A stretch of DNA of 64,000 nucleotides, from IMG/VR virus record IMGVR_UViG_3300012920_009134, positions 1 to 64,000 of that record; one strand, 5' to 3'. Under the pieces are notes generated by a model. The model did no database searches, was not told where the DNA came from, and worked only from the letters and a program-made list of their open reading frames with translations. Below, piece by piece: positions 19,001 to 27,879 of this stretch; positions within the stretch are counted from its first letter, which is position 1, and each line of letters opens with the position of its first letter. The position numbers and the translations under genes are program-made. Origin of the DNA: a virus.

Positions 19001-21706
19001 ATTGCAAATGGCATCACATATCGATCTAACGTTCAGGTGTGGTACAAACTTGATGAAGATCAAGGAACAAGTTCTGCTACTACTGCAACAATTATTGATC
19101 ATAAAAACTCGAAGAACCTGACTGCTTTAACCCAATTAGAAAGCGTATCAAACCCAGGACTTTTTTCAAAATCCGGACCCTCTTATTTTACATTCAAGGT
19201 TGGCGGCACGGTGGTAGGGAGTGCAAACCAAACCCTTAACCATGCTACATACACTGTTCCCACCACCTTTGATTCATTTAAAGGTGATCCAAAAAGTGTT
19301 ATTGTTGAACTAAAAAGAGATAGCCCAGACGTCTCTGTAGAAGCAATAGACCAAGGTGTTATAACAGCAATAAAACCAGGACCTGGAGCACCTTCTGTAA
19401 TATTAAATAATCCTTTTCATTATTTTAATGGTGTAGACGGTACTGGAACAGTTAGTAGTTTTACAGGAACGGGTACTCAAATACAGGTCATTAAAAATGG
19501 TGAATATTTAACTGCAGTGGCACACGACGCCTCGCCTGGCGCGGGACAATTTAGAGTATCTGCTGTGAATACTCCAAGTGTTGGAGTGGTACCGCCAGAA
19601 GTTGATACTTATACTCTTTCTGATACTGAAACTTCTGGTCACAACGATACAGTAACTGTTGGAAATATGACTGCGCATGGTAGTAATGTATTTTCAAAGG
19701 CAAACGGACAGTTTACAGAAGTACTATACACTGTTAATATAGAAGGCACGGATAATGCCTCTACAGTGATTGCTAGACAAAGGTTTATAGTCCAAACTTC
19801 AGGTGCAGATGGTAATCCAGGTCTCAATGCAGGTTTGGTTGTGAATATAGACCCTCCGCTCGCCGTTGTTCAAACCGATAGATATGGTACGCCATTAACA
19901 AATGCGCTAGACGTAACGGAAACTGTGATAACAGTTGCAGATACAACAACTGCCAGCGACACTCTTTTGGATGCAACAGACGTAGCAATTGATCATCCAG
20001 ATCGTTCAAATAACACATACAATGTTATAGGTGCGAACGCTACTCTTACAACCACTGAAACAAATAACTACTCTTATCCTGGTGGTTCATTAACTATAAC
20101 ATCTGGGCAGAATAGATCCGGCGCTAACGTAGATTCAACAAAGATAGAAAAACTCGCAACAATGACAACCAACGCGGTTGTTCGAGTGTTTGACATTCAA
20201 GTAAAGAATAGTAACGGCGATGATTTTAGACTTCAAGCAGTGCAACAAATAGTAAAAGCGGTCGCAAATGTAGAAACATTAACACCACAAATAGGAAAAC
20301 CAATCGTACAGTTTGTCAGAACGAACTACCAAACATACACCCCGGAGATATCTGATTATAGTGATGGGGCAACGTTTATAAAATTGTGGAAGCAGACTGG
20401 GGTAAACGACCCAGTACTTGTTCAACCGGCAGTTTCAAGTGATAATACAACCACCGCTCTCGCCGACAACTTGATGCCAAATGACACCTACAAAATTTTG
20501 GAAGAAGAAACCGGGAACACCTTGTTTCCTATAATCAATGTATCTAGAGGGCAATTAACATATAGAACGGGCGCACAAGCACGGGTTGAGGTCGGTGCAC
20601 CGTCCAATTATCTCAATTCATCATTTCCTGCCCCTCTGGTAATATCTTATAAAATAAAATACAAAGACACCGCTGGCAATTTTCATTTTATCCCGTTAAC
20701 ACAAACCGCGCTGGTGTCAGATAGCACACCGCCAGAGTTTACGTTTCAGATTAGAAGTCACTCACGTTTAAATGATGAAGACAGTCGTAGTTTGTTAGAT
20801 GATGTCCAAACTCCCGGTTCGACCTCCTTCAATGACACCCATGTCATCTTACAGAGATCCCCCGGAAATTTCTCAGCTGCTGTAGCAGGGTTCCACCAGC
20901 CGATCGGAGACTTTAAACAACCTATTGGGACAGTTTCTACACATGAGATAGATGACATCGTACAAAACAATCTAGGTGACATCTTTCGCAATGGTTCGAC
21001 CCGCGACCTCGGGGAGTTGTATCAATCGAACAAGAAGAGATTTCAAGATTTCGATAGTTTAACGAATACGGTCTCACAGAGATTCCAAAGAGCGGACGGT
21101 ACGAAATACTCTAGTGCGTCAGACATAAATGAGGCGTTTGTTAGAGCCTCATTTTGGTATCCGGGACGCCTTGTCCGACTCACAGGTGCAGCCGCCGGAC
21201 AAGTTAGGTTTAGGTCTATGTCTTGGACTGGGACTCAACATAATAATCAAAAGCAGTTTAAATTTGGATTAGATTTGTATAAATTTAATATGTCGGGGTA
21301 TCTTTCAAACAATAATGGTGATATAAACCCCACATATCTTGGATCGTTCAAATTTGGTACCAACTCTACTGTCGACGGCGATCTGGGCGATCCAAGTGGC
21401 ACGAATTCTAACCACGGATCTTACTTTCACGTTGATTGTTCAAGCGGTGGATCCAATCGGACGAGATCAATTGTTGGTATGGAGAGATATTCAGGTGATA
21501 CCGATCCATCAATAGATACTTCAAACGCGATGATTGTAACCGCGCTTGAATCCTTGATGTTTGTGATGTATTTTGACCGTAAAGGGACTTTCCCTAGTGA
21601 TTACAATTTTGGCGTCAAATCCGATGGAACCGATCTCGATAGAGGTGCTGTGCCGCAATCAGGAGAAATAAGAGTTATAGTTGATTTTAACTATTATCTT
21701 TTATAA
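16004..21706 (+). CDS. Large tail fibre/adhesin-like protein (1900 aa) with repeated beta modules and an inserted LamG domain
   Basis: Thr/Gly/Asn-rich; repeats G(S/P)GA(Y/P), P..GQF.V, (A)RDQI; short G-x-y linkers; LamG motifs FWIK, WVHV. Confidence 0.75.
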   Translation: MGKKGNTRGLRGIGIRKVVPNQINFNQAISGSLALTQITTPSSVPDGLGQIYFKSDGKLYFKSDKFEETDLLAGSNGLSFLFTTSVLTIESDANYGDTDEDGGDWPANFSNGPSAKVDASVPGIPTFTTTGHDFTNTNSGGNPGENTYRIDASRASATTDNGTDLTVALSGHNDGSPTNFSIDLSNGSKSVLKLNVTLDSSNNTKITLNNLSQYENAANDQTFSSVVVNIPFKVNIAGTITTVTRTITVQKIRTGLEGTTSRTVNLTATKIAFEYDQNGNKIGTPSSTITATALNTTGQVYFQFLIDGVQEGSVIAGSVVNGNYTAQLVYDGTDVPALFTNMPQVIECRIREVTGTAAGTILARDQIGMLGVKEGSGAYQVYMENSAHVVPATRGGDGSGDATTLDMTNSNPGFIAVFKGATRLTLVTTGTPTTGQFKVTSVTQSPASNAGGISTVDQSAAVQNDGGPGNGKDAIFGDHGDMGTANTGIVTYTINCENTETLSVIQTVTKSIQGTRGQSGPGGSNARAVEFTVTSNTPVIEFDDLGAVEAGVTHASVELTATTRNTTGTMTFVYEIDDVEITNSNKGNHSFSNNVFTYSTTGKTYNDFPERIEVIAKEDGSEVARDQITLIAIKPGSGAYKISMPNDNTTVTSTEANDGAGDANIDYSSTSDTIRLFKGNVQLEPIIGGSGTTVIGTTNTPTAGQFSVISQTVTNGTVTRPTLTLDDSDSNDKHIDASVMSGLTSDIANITYVFNCEGLAQESRTVTVAKSKQGVNGTPGETGLGVDLEIEPPVVIYNDLGTTPDVSSVDIVATTRNLGTEIARSAFFNHSSANAFRTNGNGGLGISAMSTFAIGFWIKFPSNETFPAGNRYICYSTELRIHITGTTLALNFHTSGVNRQAIQSSFWNTSDAGKWVHVLFQRTGNIIYIYKNGSQFATKSHGGGNIAMDALNSTFYLGNDNNSGNPIGAELSNFVIWNTFGGNTLAQQQYNSGKVLTSPIANGITYRSNVQVWYKLDEDQGTSSATTATIIDHKNSKNLTALTQLESVSNPGLFSKSGPSYFTFKVGGTVVGSANQTLNHATYTVPTTFDSFKGDPKSVIVELKRDSPDVSVEAIDQGVITAIKPGPGAPSVILNNPFHYFNGVDGTGTVSSFTGTGTQIQVIKNGEYLTAVAHDASPGAGQFRVSAVNTPSVGVVPPEVDTYTLSDTETSGHNDTVTVGNMTAHGSNVFSKANGQFTEVLYTVNIEGTDNASTVIARQRFIVQTSGADGNPGLNAGLVVNIDPPLAVVQTDRYGTPLTNALDVTETVITVADTTTASDTLLDATDVAIDHPDRSNNTYNVIGANATLTTTETNNYSYPGGSLTITSGQNRSGANVDSTKIEKLATMTTNAVVRVFDIQVKNSNGDDFRLQAVQQIVKAVANVETLTPQIGKPIVQFVRTNYQTYTPEISDYSDGATFIKLWKQTGVNDPVLVQPAVSSDNTTTALADNLMPNDTYKILEEETGNTLFPIINVSRGQLTYRTGAQARVEVGAPSNYLNSSFPAPLVISYKIKYKDTAGNFHFIPLTQTALVSDSTPPEFTFQIRSHSRLNDEDSRSLLDDVQTPGSTSFNDTHVILQRSPGNFSAAVAGFHQPIGDFKQPIGTVSTHEIDDIVQNNLGDIFRNGSTRDLGELYQSNKKRFQDFDSLTNTVSQRFQRADGTKYSSASDINEAFVRASFWYPGRLVRLTGAAAGQVRFRSMSWTGTQHNNQKQFKFGLDLYKFNMSGYLSNNNGDINPTYLGSFKFGTNSTVDGDLGDPSGTNSNHGSYFHVDCSSGGSNRTRSIVGMERYSGDTDPSIDTSNAMIVTALESLMFVMYFDRKGTFPSDYNFGVKSDGTDLDRGAVPQSGEIRVIVDFNYYLL

Positions 21707-21727
21707 TCAAACAATAGACGCATTTTG

Positions 21728-21736
21728 TGTTATACT
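21728..21736 (+). promoter_or_regulatory. Extended -10 promoter TGtTATACT
   Basis: Upstream of AAGGAG RBS and GTG 21760. Confidence 0.5.
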
Positions 21737-21759
21737 AATGCCATAAGGAGATTCAGGCA

Positions 21760-22152
21760 GTGACAGAAGAAAAATCAACAAGAAAAAGGGGTCGTCCAAG
21801 AAAAAACCCTAACGCCCCCGCTCCTGCAAGACGTCGCGGCCGCCCCAGAAAAAAACCTGTAGAGGTAGAGGAAGCACCAAAACAAGAACTTAGTGAAGAA
21901 CAGGTAACATTACTTTTAACAAATTATCTAAAAGGCGTTGAAGGCATAAAAATAGATTGGAGTTCTGTAAGAAAGATTCATCCAAACAAATACATCTATC
22001 AAGTTATAGTAGATAAGTTAAGTATGAAGTTTTTGAATCAACTTCAAGATATACCACTTGTTAAAGATGTTTTCTTTTTCTCAAAAGTTGGTACTGGAAG
22101 TCACGGTATAAATCTTTTGTTTAAGGTGCATATTGTATTTGATGTATTGTAG
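21760..22152 (+). CDS. Protein with two AT-hook motifs
   Basis: RKRGRPRK and RRRGRPRKK. Confidence 0.7.
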   Translation: MTEEKSTRKRGRPRKNPNAPAPARRRGRPRKKPVEVEEAPKQELSEEQVTLLLTNYLKGVEGIKIDWSSVRKIHPNKYIYQVIVDKLSMKFLNQLQDIPLVKDVFFFSKVGTGSHGINLLFKVHIVFDVL

Positions 22153-22163
22153 GATTTGATAAT

Positions 22164-22328
22164 ATGGCAAGATATAAAAATAGAATTGACAAGTTGAAGA
22201 TTGATATTGAAGAGTTGGAGATCAAGATTGCAAAAGCGGTACACAACAATAGACCCGCGATGGCAAAAAGATTAAATATGATTTTAGAAAAAGAAAAGAT
22301 TAAACTAGAGAGGTGGTTAAGGGTATAG
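22164..22328 (+). CDS. Small basic coiled-coil protein (54 aa, MARYKNRIDKLKIDIEELEIKIAK…); not in ORF track
   Basis: Hand translation; AGGA upstream; fills the gap exactly and overlaps the convergent gene end by 12 nt. Confidence 0.55.
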   Translation: MARYKNRIDKLKIDIEELEIKIAKAVHNNRPAMAKRLNMILEKEKIKLERWLRV

Positions 22329-23054
22329 GTTTTCTTGTATATATTTTTTTAAAGAATCATACCTAATCGCAATCGTTAGATGCTTAAACTCCATATTTGC
22401 TGCAAATATTAACCCAACCAACTCTCCCTTTGAATTCAGAACGGGAGACCCTGAACTACCCCCTATCGCTGGAACTGTAAGCAAAGAGTGGTGCTTTCCT
22501 AGTGGTCCACTATAATAACCCTCAAACAGTGGAACAGTGGGCGGATGGAAGAACCCAGTCGGAGCAGCAACATTGTATACCTTATCTCCTATCATTGGAC
22601 CTTTAAGTGCTAAATGTAGTTTTGGCATGCTTATAATGCCGTCACTTTCAAGAATGCATAAATCCAACTCATTGCCGTTTAGATACTCCTTAGATATATT
22701 TTTAACCGTTACATCATGGTATATGTTTTTAATATTTTGAACTTTGAATTCCATTTTTGTAGAAGTAACAATATTCTTAAGAGCACCTTCCACCTCTGAG
22801 TGACAAACGTGCGCAGCAGTTAAAATATAGGTTTTTGATTTCTTATGACCGATTACCGAACCCGATCCTACAGAATAAAAACTCTCACTACTACAACTCG
22901 AAGTTTTATTATCTCCCTCAGAACAAACTTGTACTGTCATCTTGGTATGAATCTTAACAAAAGAGTCAACTGGAAACCTTGTGTGCGCTGTTGATATGCA
23001 TGAATTAAGGAAAAAACAGCAATAAGATAAAAATAAAATTTTAATAGTATTCAT
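22317..23054 (-). CDS. Trypsin-like (S1) serine protease, probable lipoprotein
   Basis: LTAAHV, DLC, GGSSGSP triad motifs; signal peptide with FLNS-C. Confidence 0.85.
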   Translation of the reverse strand: MNTIKILFLSYCCFFLNSCISTAHTRFPVDSFVKIHTKMTVQVCSEGDNKTSSCSSESFYSVGSGSVIGHKKSKTYILTAAHVCHSEVEGALKNIVTSTKMEFKVQNIKNIYHDVTVKNISKEYLNGNELDLCILESDGIISMPKLHLALKGPMIGDKVYNVAAPTGFFHPPTVPLFEGYYSGPLGKHHSLLTVPAIGGSSGSPVLNSKGELVGLIFAANMEFKHLTIAIRYDSLKKYIQENLYP

Positions 23055-23115
23055 ATTATCCTCTATACTAACTATAACTAATAAATAAATATTTTTTTAA
23101 AAGGGGAATATAACA

Positions 23116-23334
23116 ATGGTTAAGACTATAGTCTTTGTGGGTGCCCTGCTTTGTGTAGAAGCAGAACAAAAAATGGTGTGCCAAAACAAAGATACGCAAA
23201 ATACAACAATAACTTTTCAAAGAACAGTTACAGATTGGCAAAAAATAACCTCACAAACTAATTATAATGGTAATCAAGAGGTGAAAATTGAAAGAAAAAA
23301 TACTTGTCCTGGACACAAATGTCCTTTTAACTGA
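23116..23334 (+). CDS. Small hypothetical protein, possibly secreted
   Basis: AGGGG RBS; hydrophobic N-terminus. Confidence 0.4.
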   Translation: MVKTIVFVGALLCVEAEQKMVCQNKDTQNTTITFQRTVTDWQKITSQTNYNGNQEVKIERKNTCPGHKCPFN

Positions 23335-24604
23335 TAGCAACTCTATATTAAATTTTGAAGAAGCAGACATCGCAATACCTTTAAAGGTTTTAGATGAGAT
23401 AGATAAACATAAAAAACGCCAAGACTCAGTCGGTATGCATGCAAGAAGCATTATTAGAAAACTTGACCAACTAAGAGAGGATGGTAATCTTTTTGAAGGT
23501 GTCGACATCGGACCTGGTAAAGTTTTTGTAAAGGGGTATGACCCTTTCAAACTACCAGACGACCTAGATATTGAGAATCCAGATAATCAAATCATCGCTA
23601 CAGCATTAAGTTTAAAAGCGGAAAACGAGGAAAGTAACGTTGTTCTTGTTTCTCGCGATATTAACATGAGAGTTAAATGTGATGCTCTAAACATTGCTTG
23701 TGAAGACTATTCAAACGACCAGGTTGTGGAAGATATTGAAGGTCTATACACCGGACTTGCCGAGTGTTTAGTTGACGATCAAATGGTTGATTCTGTTTAT
23801 AAAGATGAGGGAGTCTACATAGATCCCGATGAGGCAGACTTGCAACCAAACCAATTTGTTATGCTAATCAGTAACTCAAACGAAAAGAAGAGTGCTCTTG
23901 TGAGGTTTACAAGTTATGATAAACCTGTAGAAAAAGTCGATTCATTTAAAAAAGGTATTTGGGGTGTTCGCCCTAAAAACAAAGAACAAAACTTTGCACT
24001 AGATTTGTTAACAGATCCTGATATTCCTTTAGTTACAATAATCGGTAAAGCAGGTTCTGGTAAAACTTTACTAGCACTAGCATGTGGACTGCAACAATGT
24101 TTTGGTGAAACTGCAAACGATAGAAAATATTCGAGAGTTATAGTTACAAAACCTGTAGAACCGGTTGGAAAAGATATTGGTTTCCTGCCTGGCACTATGG
24201 AAGAAAAGATGATGCCATGGGTTGCTCCAATACAAGATAATCTAAAAAATCTTATGGGTAATGATAAAGTTACTCTCGACATGTACATGGACGAGGGAAA
24301 GATAGAAGTTGAAGCAATGACTTTTATTCGTGGTCGATCTATCGCTAATGCTTTTATTATTATTGATGAAGCACAAAACATGACAAAACACGAAATCAAA
24401 ACTGTGTTAACTCGTGTAGGAGAAGGAACCAAGATTGTTTTAACAGGTGATATTGAACAAATCGACAACGTATACCTTGACGAAACAACAAATGGACTTA
24501 CATATGTAATAGATAGATTCAAAGATCAGTGCAGCGCTGGTCACATTACTTTGGTTAAGGGAGAGCGATCAAAGGTTGCAACCCTTGCTGCTAGATTGTT
24601 ATAG
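23288..24604 (+). CDS. phoH: PIN-PhoH (PhoH2/YlaK-like) protein
   Basis: VLDTNVLL PIN domain; GKAGSGKT; GFLPG; RGRS; IIDEAQN; GDIEQID. Confidence 0.92.
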   Translation: MKEKILVLDTNVLLTDSNSILNFEEADIAIPLKVLDEIDKHKKRQDSVGMHARSIIRKLDQLREDGNLFEGVDIGPGKVFVKGYDPFKLPDDLDIENPDNQIIATALSLKAENEESNVVLVSRDINMRVKCDALNIACEDYSNDQVVEDIEGLYTGLAECLVDDQMVDSVYKDEGVYIDPDEADLQPNQFVMLISNSNEKKSALVRFTSYDKPVEKVDSFKKGIWGVRPKNKEQNFALDLLTDPDIPLVTIIGKAGSGKTLLALACGLQQCFGETANDRKYSRVIVTKPVEPVGKDIGFLPGTMEEKMMPWVAPIQDNLKNLMGNDKVTLDMYMDEGKIEVEAMTFIRGRSIANAFIIIDEAQNMTKHEIKTVLTRVGEGTKIVLTGDIEQIDNVYLDETTNGLTYVIDRFKDQCSAGHITLVKGERSKVATLAARLL

Positions 24605-24612
24605 GAGAAAAA

Positions 24613-24888
24613 ATGAAGGAAGAAGATTTGACAACACTTAATAATGTTGCTCAACCAGACAACAAATTAAAAGAATATATTATAAACTACACAGGGGAAA
24701 AGAAAAACCCAACGGACGATCAGGTTACTTTGGAGATGATTATAGACATTATGGCAGAAGAATTTCCAGAGTTGATTCTTTGTATGTCAGAAGAAAACTG
24801 GGTCAGAGGATACCAGCAAGCATTGACAGATGTAGACCAGGGAGAAAGATATCTCAGAGAAAGTAATGCAGAACTACATCAAGAATAG
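24613..24888 (+). CDS. Hypothetical protein
   Basis: AGGAG RBS; operonic. Confidence 0.65.
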   Translation: MKEEDLTTLNNVAQPDNKLKEYIINYTGEKKNPTDDQVTLEMIIDIMAEEFPELILCMSEENWVRGYQQALTDVDQGERYLRESNAELHQE

Positions 24889-25537
24889 GAGAAATTTAGA
24901 TAAAGGAAGTTTCTTGACGCATTCTGCTGTCAATATTGTAGTAAAAGATAACTTAACATTTGATCTGGAAGTTGAAGATATAGAATCTGTCATAGATATT
25001 TTTCCACGAGCGATAACAAGAAATCTAGATTACATTATATTTGGCAACTTTGATTTCTTAAGAAAGAAAAACTATAATGCAGCATATAAGGATGGCGCAA
25101 TTTATGTACTTAACACCCAAGAAGATAACTCTGATGTATTAGATGATATCGTACATGAGATAGGGCACAGTGTTGAGGATAACTATGGCGATGTTGTGTA
25201 TGGCGACGGTTTGCTTGAGCAAGAATTTCTCAAAAAGAGAGAAATACTAAGAGTAGAACTTTCAAAAGAAGGAATAGACATACCAGAAAATGTTATGTCA
25301 AATCCGGAATATCAAGAACGTTTGGATATATTTTTTTCAGAAGATATCGGTTATCCAAGGATGACTTCTATTGTGCAGGGAATATTTTATTCTCCATATG
25401 GCGCAACCTCTTTGCAAGAATATTTTGCAAACGGATTTGAAGCACATTATTACCACAAAGATATTTACCTTCAGAAAGTAAGTCCAGTTTTGTACAGTAA
25501 AATAAAAAAGTTAGAGGAGATTTATGATGAATCATGA
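24866..25537 (+). CDS. Zn-metallopeptidase-like protein
   Basis: HEIGH with distal EYFA third ligand. Confidence 0.65.
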   Translation: MQNYIKNRRNLDKGSFLTHSAVNIVVKDNLTFDLEVEDIESVIDIFPRAITRNLDYIIFGNFDFLRKKNYNAAYKDGAIYVLNTQEDNSDVLDDIVHEIGHSVEDNYGDVVYGDGLLEQEFLKKREILRVELSKEGIDIPENVMSNPEYQERLDIFFSEDIGYPRMTSIVQGIFYSPYGATSLQEYFANGFEAHYYHKDIYLQKVSPVLYSKIKKLEEIYDES

Positions 25538-25889
25538 AATAAAAGAAGAGGGAAATAGAATCACCATCAGGGCATCAGTCAGGACAAGGCGCTTTGCTAG
25601 AGAACCGATAGAAGCAGTAAATACGAAAGATATACTTGCAATTTTAGAATCAAACGGGTATAATCTAGATAAATATAAGGTTATAAAGGAAGGTAGTTGT
25701 ACAAACTACAAACCAGGAACTCGAACAAGTTCAGAGTGGGTACTGGAACTAAAACAAGAAGAGAAAGAGGAAGAAGTTGTTAAAAGTTCTAAACAATCAA
25801 GATCTAGGCGCTCAAGGCGAGCAACAAAGAGTCAAGAAGATAAGTTACTCCGAAATGAAAATTTGGGCGGAGTGCGGACACAGACATAA
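25524..25889 (+). CDS. Hypothetical protein
   Basis: GAGGAG RBS; operonic. Confidence 0.6.
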   Translation: MMNHEIKEEGNRITIRASVRTRRFAREPIEAVNTKDILAILESNGYNLDKYKVIKEGSCTNYKPGTRTSSEWVLELKQEEKEEEVVKSSKQSRSRRSRRATKSQEDKLLRNENLGGVRTQT

Positions 25890-26607
25890 ACTAATCTACA
25901 TTGATAAAATCAAGAAGTTTCAAGGTAATGAATATACTGCTTTTGGAACTGCCTTGCATTATGTTTGTGAAAATATTGTTGTTGATCACTCAAAGGTAAC
26001 CGAAGGCAAGAACATATTTCAACAAAAGTTTTTGGATGAACTAAGACAACTTAAATCTACAGGTTTTGAGTTAAATGGCAAGATGATCCAAGACATGAGA
26101 GAGCAAGGTAACAATATCGTAGAATTTGTTCTTCCTGAACTTTCTAAATATTTTGGAGAATATGAGGTAGTTTCAGTTGAAGAACCTATTTACGAACCAA
26201 TTACAAACTTTGATACTGATTATAAATTCAAAGGTTTTATCGATCTGATCCTAAAGACGTCAGATGGTAAATATCACGTTATAGATTGGAAAACTTGTTC
26301 CTGGGGATGGAACATGAAAAAAAGATCGGACAGTTTAGTAACTTATCAATTAACTTTATATAAAAACTTTTATTCTTTAAAGTATAATATTGATGTAAAG
26401 GATATTGAAACTCATTTTGCTCTTCTTAAAAGAACGGCGAAGAAAGACAGAGTAGAGATATTCAGGGTCACCAGCGGTGTTAAGAAGATGTCTAACGCCC
26501 TGGAACTTTTAGAAAAGGCGATAAGCAATATTGATAGCGGTAAATCTTTTAAAAATAGAATGTCTTGCAAGTATTGTGAGTTTTACAAGACAGAACATTG
26601 TAGGTGA
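25777..26607 (+). CDS. PD-(D/E)XK exonuclease, Cas4/AddB-like with probable Fe-S cysteines
   Basis: SYS…C, GTALH, GFIDL, IDWKT, QLTLY, CKYC…C. Confidence 0.85.
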   Translation: MLKVLNNQDLGAQGEQQRVKKISYSEMKIWAECGHRHKLIYIDKIKKFQGNEYTAFGTALHYVCENIVVDHSKVTEGKNIFQQKFLDELRQLKSTGFELNGKMIQDMREQGNNIVEFVLPELSKYFGEYEVVSVEEPIYEPITNFDTDYKFKGFIDLILKTSDGKYHVIDWKTCSWGWNMKKRSDSLVTYQLTLYKNFYSLKYNIDVKDIETHFALLKRTAKKDRVEIFRVTSGVKKMSNALELLEKAISNIDSGKSFKNRMSCKYCEFYKTEHCR

Positions 26608-26610
26608 TAG

Positions 26611-27879
26611 ATGAAAAAAATAAAAGTGTTTTGTTTGGCGGATAGTCCTCTTGCTCCATCTGGAGTCGGAACGCAAACAAGATATATGATAGAAGGACTA
26701 CTACAAACTGGAAAGTTTCAGTTTGTTTGCTTTGGGGGTGCTATTAGGCATCCCGACTACAAACCAATCAGAACAGAAGAGTACGGTGATGATTGGTTGA
26801 TTTATCCAGTAGATGGATATGGAAGTCAAGAGCAGGTCCGTGCTTTGCTTAAAGCACAGAAACCTGACATTGTTTGGATTATGACAGACCCTAGATTTTG
26901 GGGATGGTTATGGGAGATTGATAATGAGGTTAGATCTGTTGCTCCTTTGGTGTATTATCATGTTTGGGATAACCTTCCTTACCCTACATTCAATAGAAAG
27001 TGGTACTTATCCAACGACGTCATTGCATCAATTAGTAAGGTGACTCACAATATTGTAGAAAACGTAGCGCCGGAAGTTGACTTATTGAGAATACCACATG
27101 CAGTTAACGATAACGTTTTTATAAAAATTGAAGATTCGGCACTAATCAAAAACTTTAAAAAAGAAAACTCCATTGGCATTGATAAAGATGGAAACAAAAG
27201 ATTTACTTTTTTTTGGAATAATAGAAATGCAAGAAGAAAGCAGTCTGGTTCTTTGATTTTTTGGTTTAATGATTTTTTAGATAGAGTTGGTAGAGACAAG
27301 GCGTGCTTAATAATGCATACAGAACCAAAAGATCCCAATGGACAAGATTTGGTTGCCATTAAGGAAAGACTAGGGTTAGATGATGATCAGTTCAAACTAT
27401 CAACAAATAAATTATCAATGCAACAGTTGTCAGTCCTTTATAACGCAGCAGACTGCACTATAAACATTTCTGATGCAGAAGGTTTTGGATTATCAACACT
27501 TGAGTCTCTTGCAACCGAAACACCCATCATCGTTAATATGACTGGAGGACTTCAGGAACAGGTCACAAACGGTGAAGAGTGGTTTGGGTTCGGCATAGAA
27601 CCGTCCTCAAAAGCGATCATTGGTTCTCAAGAAGTTCCTTGGATTTATGAAGACAGAATTGATGGTAAAGACTTGGTTGATGCTATGGTTAAAATGTACG
27701 AAATGCCAAAAGAGGATAGGGAAAACATGGGTAAGCGCGGCCGCCAACATGTTCTTGATAACTATAGCATGAAGAGATACATTGAACTTTGGAGAAAAAC
27801 TTTAACTGAAGTTCATGAAAAGCATGGTTCTTGGAAAACCAAGCAAGGCAAACTTTGGAGTTTAAATAAAGTAATATGA
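26611..27879 (+). CDS. Glycosyltransferase, GT4-like (GT-B)
   Basis: NRNARRKQ, LYNAAD, EGFGLSTLE. Confidence 0.88.
   Translation: MKKIKVFCLADSPLAPSGVGTQTRYMIEGLLQTGKFQFVCFGGAIRHPDYKPIRTEEYGDDWLIYPVDGYGSQEQVRALLKAQKPDIVWIMTDPRFWGWLWEIDNEVRSVAPLVYYHVWDNLPYPTFNRKWYLSNDVIASISKVTHNIVENVAPEVDLLRIPHAVNDNVFIKIEDSALIKNFKKENSIGIDKDGNKRFTFFWNNRNARRKQSGSLIFWFNDFLDRVGRDKACLIMHTEPKDPNGQDLVAIKERLGLDDDQFKLSTNKLSMQQLSVLYNAADCTINISDAEGFGLSTLESLATETPIIVNMTGGLQEQVTNGEEWFGFGIEPSSKAIIGSQEVPWIYEDRIDGKDLVDAMVKMYEMPKEDRENMGKRGRQHVLDNYSMKRYIELWRKTLTEVHEKHGSWKTKQGKLWSLNKVI

Noticed and set aside
16004-21706. Diversity-generating retroelement target or intein in the fibre
   Set aside because: No reverse transcriptase, no near-identical template/variable repeat pair, and no intein terminal motifs seen
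25777-26607. CRISPR-Cas locus suggested by the Cas4-like nuclease
   Set aside because: No repeat-spacer array or other cas genes; solo Cas4-like nucleases are common in phages
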